From the NCBI GenBank assembly GCA_046760505.1, contig JBHIEG010000043.1, forward strand, positions 1 through 10,501: DNA of 10,501 bases, in the 5' to 3' direction. A model generated the notes under the pieces. It worked only from the letters and a program-made list of their open reading frames with translations. It was not told the origin of the DNA and did no database searches. Shown here one piece after another: positions 6,098 through 10,501 of this stretch (positions are counted from its first letter, which is position 1; each line of letters starts with the position of its first letter). The DNA is from Candidatus Hydrothermarchaeota archaeon. GTDB lineage: Archaea > CAYFZR01. The translations under genes and the position numbers were made by a program.

Positions 6098-7390
6098 TTA
6101 ATTTTTGGGTCTCTGAGCCCACTTTTTTTCCAGTTCAGTCCACCAGTTAGAAAGGTCAACTTCTTTTCCATTAATGAAGAGGCGCGTTACCTCATTTCTT
6201 AAATCTAAAGGATCTCCTGTGCAGATAAAAAGATCTGCATCTTTGCCAACCTCCAAACTTCCTAAACGGTCATCAACCCCCAAAATTTTGGCTGGGTTAA
6301 TGGTCAAGGCTTTAATAGCTTCCTTATGACTCAGACCAAAAGCAATTGCTCGAGCAGCATGATAAGGTAAATCTTTTGCAATTGCTGGGTTTCCACCTGA
6401 AGAGAAACAGAAAAGAACTCCTGTTTCTGCCAATTCCACAACATTGCGAAAAGGAGCATCGTAGCCATCTTCTGGCTCTGCAGGATCAGCATAAAGGTCA
6501 TTAAGAATTACAGGAATACCTGATTCCTTGATTTTGTCTGCTACTTTGTATCCTTGAGCACAGCCTCTAAAAATAGCCTTCAATTTTTCTTCCTGGACAA
6601 ACTTAATGGCTAATTCAATATCCTTTGCTTTTTCAACAGAGATTATCACTGGTAAAGTGCCATTTAACACTGGCTCCAATGCTTCAAACTTTAGGTTTGT
6701 TTCTGGAGGAGAAATCTTAGGATTAGAGGCTGCTATTTTTTTTAACTCAAAGTATCGCCTGGCTTGTTTAAGGTATTTTTTAATTTTTTCAACCAGTTTT
6801 GAGGTTACCTCTTTTTTTGCTTTTTCCTTTGGTGCTAGCCTTACTCCTCGAGGTGGCTTAGGTGTGATTGGAAAGTTAATCAAAGAAGTAGCAACCTCTT
6901 TTACTGCCATTTCAGGAAAAGTCCATCCATCCATTTTAACTAAAGCAGAGAGCCCAGGAAAAATTCCTCCACTTGGGGCTACCAGAGCTGCGGTTGTCCC
7001 GTTTATCCTGCTATTAGCAAAATGAACCGAGTGAGGATTTATTGCCCAAGCAGCTTGGAGTTCAGGATTGTACTGACCCAGCTCTCGAACATCAACTGTA
7101 CTGGGAATAGCATAGATTTCTGATAATCCGAGTCGAGTGAATCCATCAATAAATCCTGGATAAATGAACATACCAGAGGCATCTATTACTTTAGCTCCGG
7201 GAGGTTCTTCAATCTCTTTTCCGAGCCCAGCAATTTTTCCATTCTTTATTAAAAGTGAGCCTCCCTCAATTTTTCCTGATGTTACGGGAATAATAGTGAC
7301 ATTTTTTATGAGAATGATATTTGAATTCTCCGCAAAAATAAGGAGACAAAAGATTAAAATGGCTAATACGATAAACAATATTTTTTTCAT
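6098..7390 (-). CDS. Exported amidohydrolase-family protein (imidazolonepropionase-like fold), metal ligands absent
   Basis: 430 aa with signal peptide and RBS GAGGAGGT. Shows N-terminal beta-domain VIDASGMFIYPGFID and C-terminal LTINPAKILGVDDRLGSLEVGKDADL. The HxH site reads DGFTRL. Confidence 0.88.
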   Translation of the reverse strand: MKKILFIVLAILIFCLLIFAENSNIILIKNVTIIPVTSGKIEGGSLLIKNGKIAGLGKEIEEPPGAKVIDASGMFIYPGFIDGFTRLGLSEIYAIPSTVDVRELGQYNPELQAAWAINPHSVHFANSRINGTTAALVAPSGGIFPGLSALVKMDGWTFPEMAVKEVATSLINFPITPKPPRGVRLAPKEKAKKEVTSKLVEKIKKYLKQARRYFELKKIAASNPKISPPETNLKFEALEPVLNGTLPVIISVEKAKDIELAIKFVQEEKLKAIFRGCAQGYKVADKIKESGIPVILNDLYADPAEPEDGYDAPFRNVVELAETGVLFCFSSGGNPAIAKDLPYHAARAIAFGLSHKEAIKALTINPAKILGVDDRLGSLEVGKDADLFICTGDPLDLRNEVTRLFINGKEVDLSNWWTELEKKWAQRPKN

Positions 7391-7404
7391 AATCCACCTC
7401 CTCG

Positions 7405-8745
7405 TTAAACTTTTTCTGTTTTCTTCTCTTTCTGTTTTGCTTGTTTTTTCTTTTCTTCTTCCTTCTTTTTCCTTTCTTCAAGATATTTGGCTCGGTCAAA
7501 GTAAATCTGTCCATCGACCAAAGTCATTTGACAAACGGTATATGAGTCTAATGGGTGACGATTAAAAACAGCCAGATCAGCGTCTTTACCAACTTCTATT
7601 GTCCCTACCCATTTGTCAATACCAAGGATTTTGGCTGGATTAATAGTAATTGTTTTGAGAGCCTCCAGTTCAGAAAGACCTCCGAAGTGAACTGCTTTAG
7701 CAGCATCAATAAATAAGCGTCTCATTCTTTCAGGGTCATCTGAATTAATAGCCACCAATACTCCTCTTTTAACCATTAGAGCCACACTATGAGGCATAGT
7801 AGTGAAGGCTTCGTACTTATAGCCCCAAAAATCAACAAAGGTAGAGACCGCTACTCCATATTTCACTAATTCATTAGTTATTCGATAACCTTCGAGTCCA
7901 TGTTCAAAACAAACAAGCTTTACTCCATATTCATGACAGAGCTTCATAATAGAGACCATTTCTTCTGATTGATAAGCATGACACCGGACCCAGAGCTTTC
8001 CCTTCAGGATGTCGGCAATTACTTCCAAGCGGTAATCTTTTCTGGGAGGAAGAGGAACCATTCCTTTTCTTTTTTTGGCTTTAATCGACTTGTTATATTC
8101 TTCCCATTTTCTAAGATACTCCTTGGCTGCTTCAAATTTTTTTCGAATTGAAGCCTCAACTCCCATTCTTGTTTTTGGATAGCGAGGTTTACCTGGTCTC
8201 ATAAAATTAGTCTGCTTTGGGTTTTCGCCCAGAGCCCATTTAATTGTTCTGGGCACTCCCTTGAAAATCATTTCTTCAGCATTCTTTCCCCAGCGCAATT
8301 TAAGCACTATTCCTCGACCTCCAATTGGATTACCTGAACCGTGCATAGCATGAACAGAAGTTACTCCACCAGTCAGAGCATACCAGATATTAATATCTTC
8401 TGGATTAATAACATCTATAATGTCCACCTCTGAACTTATAAGATCGCCCATTTCATTAACTCCACCTTCTATGGCAATGTGAGAGTGAGAATCAATTATG
8501 CCTGGCATAACCCATTTTCCCTGAAGGTCAATAACCTGGATATCTGGTTTAACCTGGATATTCTTACCAATTTTGACAATCTTTCCTTTTTTAATCAGAA
8601 TGTCTCCTCCTTCAATATTTTCTCCACTAATAGTGATAATGTTGCCATTTTTAAGAAGAAGACTATCCTGAGCCCCAAAATTTAAGGCGTTAAGACTTAA
8701 AACTAAAAAACAAGTTAAACCAAGAGATAAAATTTTGGATTTCAT
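7405..8745 (-). CDS. Exported metal-dependent amidohydrolase, predicted catalytic subunit
   Basis: 446 aa with signal peptide. RBS AAGGAGG overlaps the upstream stop codon. Motifs PGIIDSHSH, IKWALGENPK, RCHAY, FEHGLEG, INSDD, TINPAKILG, GKDADL. Confidence 0.92.
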   Translation of the reverse strand: MKSKILSLGLTCFLVLSLNALNFGAQDSLLLKNGNIITISGENIEGGDILIKKGKIVKIGKNIQVKPDIQVIDLQGKWVMPGIIDSHSHIAIEGGVNEMGDLISSEVDIIDVINPEDINIWYALTGGVTSVHAMHGSGNPIGGRGIVLKLRWGKNAEEMIFKGVPRTIKWALGENPKQTNFMRPGKPRYPKTRMGVEASIRKKFEAAKEYLRKWEEYNKSIKAKKRKGMVPLPPRKDYRLEVIADILKGKLWVRCHAYQSEEMVSIMKLCHEYGVKLVCFEHGLEGYRITNELVKYGVAVSTFVDFWGYKYEAFTTMPHSVALMVKRGVLVAINSDDPERMRRLFIDAAKAVHFGGLSELEALKTITINPAKILGIDKWVGTIEVGKDADLAVFNRHPLDSYTVCQMTLVDGQIYFDRAKYLEERKKKEEEKKKQAKQKEKKTEKV

Positions 8746-8757
8746 TTTCTCCCCTCC

Positions 8758-10386
8758 TTAAGGAATACGTTTACCAGTAAACTCAGCCGAACCCATTGTT
8801 CCCTGAATGACAGTACCAGTCATAGTATCGTTCTCTACCATGGCTGAGAAGTAAAGATCAATTTCCTGACCAGCAACTGAAATAACCATATCAAAAGAAA
8901 TTTCATTTCCAGAAACTGTTCCTTCTGTAAATTCAAAGACGCCAAATTGGGTGGTCATTTTACCAGAAAGAGACGATCCTTCCTGAAAGAACTCAACAGT
9001 CATAGTCATTGCACCCATACCAGTTTCAACAGAAAGTTCCCACCTACCAGTAACATTAACGGTAGGTTCCTTCCCTTTTTCTACTTTCTTTTCTTTTATT
9101 TCAAATTTCTTTCCATCCGTGAAAACATAACGAACCTTGGCTTCTTTAGTTAAGATATCTCCCTCGGTCAAAACTAAATTGGCTATTTTCCCTGGTTCAA
9201 TTGTTCCCAATGCTTTAGAAAAACCTAAAAAAGAAGCAGGAATTATCGTGAGAGCTTGAAGGGCTTTTTCATGAGACATCCCATTCTCAATCGCTTTCAT
9301 TACTCCTTCAATCATCTTTTCTGGATCATCAATTCCCAGAGAAGAAAATGCAAAGGGAATACCTGCTTCTGCCATTTTAGCTGGGTTTTTAGGATATAGT
9401 TCTTTTTCTGCCTTTTCTCTTTCTTCTCTACCTTTTTGAGCATAAATACTGGTAGCTGGGGCTTTGAATCTTACGGTTAGAAGAAGGCGGGCTTTCGCCT
9501 GTTTTAACTTGGGAATCACTCTAAAAGCTTCTCCCCCTAAATCACAGATAAAATAGTTTAGTTTAAATTCTTGTCCTAAGTTTATTGCTCGCTTAATGTC
9601 ATTTTGGTTCCGACAGAGGAAAATAATCGGCTTTCTTCTGACCACAAAATCAGTTAGGGTTTCAAGCTTTGGGTCATAGACAGGTCTGGTAAGCCAAATC
9701 ATTTCTTTCTTCCAGCGCTGAGAATGCATATTAAAATAGGCCGTATCAGAAAATGTCTGTCTCAGGTAAGCAACAATACCCATTAGAGAACTTGGGTAGG
9801 TGCCGAAAACACCTGCTGAGAAGCCAATCCCCAAGGCTGAATCTTTTAGAAGGAGGGCTTTGTTTTTATCAGAATCGCTTAAGGAAAAAACAGATGCCTG
9901 TCCAGTGAGAATTCCTCGGTCAGGCATTACTTGAGTACTAGTAAAACCAAATTTACGAAATTTTTCCAGGACAGTTTTACCGAACTCGACATAATCGAAT
10001 GCCTTGAGCTCTGGAGTTAAGCCGCGATCCTGATCAGTGAACTTACCTGTATAGAACTTGGAAGAGTCAAACTTCTGCTCCGGGAGCTTAAGGAAAGATT
10101 TCCCTAGACTATCCATTAAACCCGGATAAACTGTTAATTTTGCACCATCAATTATTTCTGCATCAGCTGGTATGTCTATGTTAGTCCCCACTGCATCAAT
10201 GAGTCCTTGACGAATAACCACAACTCCCTTCTCAATTACTGAGCCGCTCATGGGAACTATTCGACAATCTTTAATTGCCCACACTTGGTTAAGTTCTTCT
10301 TCTGCTTCAATAAATGTATTACTGAAAAAAAGAACGAGAATCCCAAAAACAAGGATTAATCCCAGATTAATTCTTTTTCTTTTCAT
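8758..10386 (-). CDS. Exported amidohydrolase-family protein lacking metal ligands, with extra C-terminal all-beta domain
   Basis: 542 aa with signal peptide and RBS AAGGAGG. IIDGAKLTVYPGLMDSLGK has no HxH; also LTIIPASFLG..GTIEPGKIANL. Followed by a ~100-aa tail of alternating Gly/Thr-rich strands (VTGRWELSV...AEFTGKR). Confidence 0.85.
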   Translation of the reverse strand: MKRKRINLGLILVFGILVLFFSNTFIEAEEELNQVWAIKDCRIVPMSGSVIEKGVVVIRQGLIDAVGTNIDIPADAEIIDGAKLTVYPGLMDSLGKSFLKLPEQKFDSSKFYTGKFTDQDRGLTPELKAFDYVEFGKTVLEKFRKFGFTSTQVMPDRGILTGQASVFSLSDSDKNKALLLKDSALGIGFSAGVFGTYPSSLMGIVAYLRQTFSDTAYFNMHSQRWKKEMIWLTRPVYDPKLETLTDFVVRRKPIIFLCRNQNDIKRAINLGQEFKLNYFICDLGGEAFRVIPKLKQAKARLLLTVRFKAPATSIYAQKGREEREKAEKELYPKNPAKMAEAGIPFAFSSLGIDDPEKMIEGVMKAIENGMSHEKALQALTIIPASFLGFSKALGTIEPGKIANLVLTEGDILTKEAKVRYVFTDGKKFEIKEKKVEKGKEPTVNVTGRWELSVETGMGAMTMTVEFFQEGSSLSGKMTTQFGVFEFTEGTVSGNEISFDMVISVAGQEIDLYFSAMVENDTMTGTVIQGTMGSAEFTGKRIP

Positions 10387-10448
10387 TCTTCCCTCCTTAC
10401 CTGGAAATAAATATTGTCAAATTTAACCACAGAAGTCACCTATTATAT

Positions 10449-10485
10449 TAAATCACAAATCTCAAGCTCCAAATATCAAATAAAT
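10449..10485 (+). repeat. Heptamer-periodic dispersed repeat arm (TAAATCA CAAATCT CAAGCTC CAAATAT CAAATAA AT), probably continuing beyond the window
   Basis: 7-nt periodicity. 10456-10485 is 25/30 identical to the reverse complement of 46-75. Confidence 0.75.
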
Positions 10486-10501
10486 TCCCCTATACCAATG
10501 C

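Noticed and set aside
7405-7480. Purine-rich (minus strand) low-complexity tract
   Set aside because: It is explained by the coding of the Lys/Glu-rich C-terminal tail EERKKKEEEKKK... and is not a separate repeat element.
6606-9153. ORFs overlapping the amidohydrolase genes (6606..7025, 7164..7565, 7266..7514, 7969..8151, 8479..8685, 8947..9153)
   Set aside because: They are shadow ORFs. The Lys/Arg-rich 7266..7514 is an off-frame read of the A-rich charged tail of 7405..8745.
10415-10420. Minus-strand TTGACA as the -35 of the amidohydrolase operon
   Set aside because: The matching -10 position would fall on the RBS, leaving no room for a leader.

Overview
AT-rich bacterial window with eight protein-coding genes. 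The gene style is reminiscent of Aminicenantes/Acidobacteriota (inference only). From left to right: a minus-strand SdiA-regulated/YjiK-like beta-propeller probable lipoprotein; a divergently transcribed tandem pair of signal-peptide-bearing atypical kinase-fold proteins (PI3/4-kinase/FAM20-like motifs); a convergent orphan RsbW-type anti-sigma ATP-binding protein; a zinc-ribbon/Hanks Ser/Thr kinase/TM/TPR receptor; and a three-gene operon of exported amidohydrolase-fold proteins, only one of which keeps the metal ligands. Structure not shown in the ORF track: (i) a start-less 39-codon remnant ([22 protein letters not shown]...) behind the kinase gene, which together with a GC step at the kinase Gly-loop suggests the body of a resident kinase-TPR gene was replaced by a foreign cassette; (ii) heptamer-periodic 30-bp repeats (25/30 identical) in inverted orientation near both window ends; (iii) a 10-bp periodic repeat at the left edge; (iv) possible gene and tRNA debris in the 5886-6097 intergenic region.
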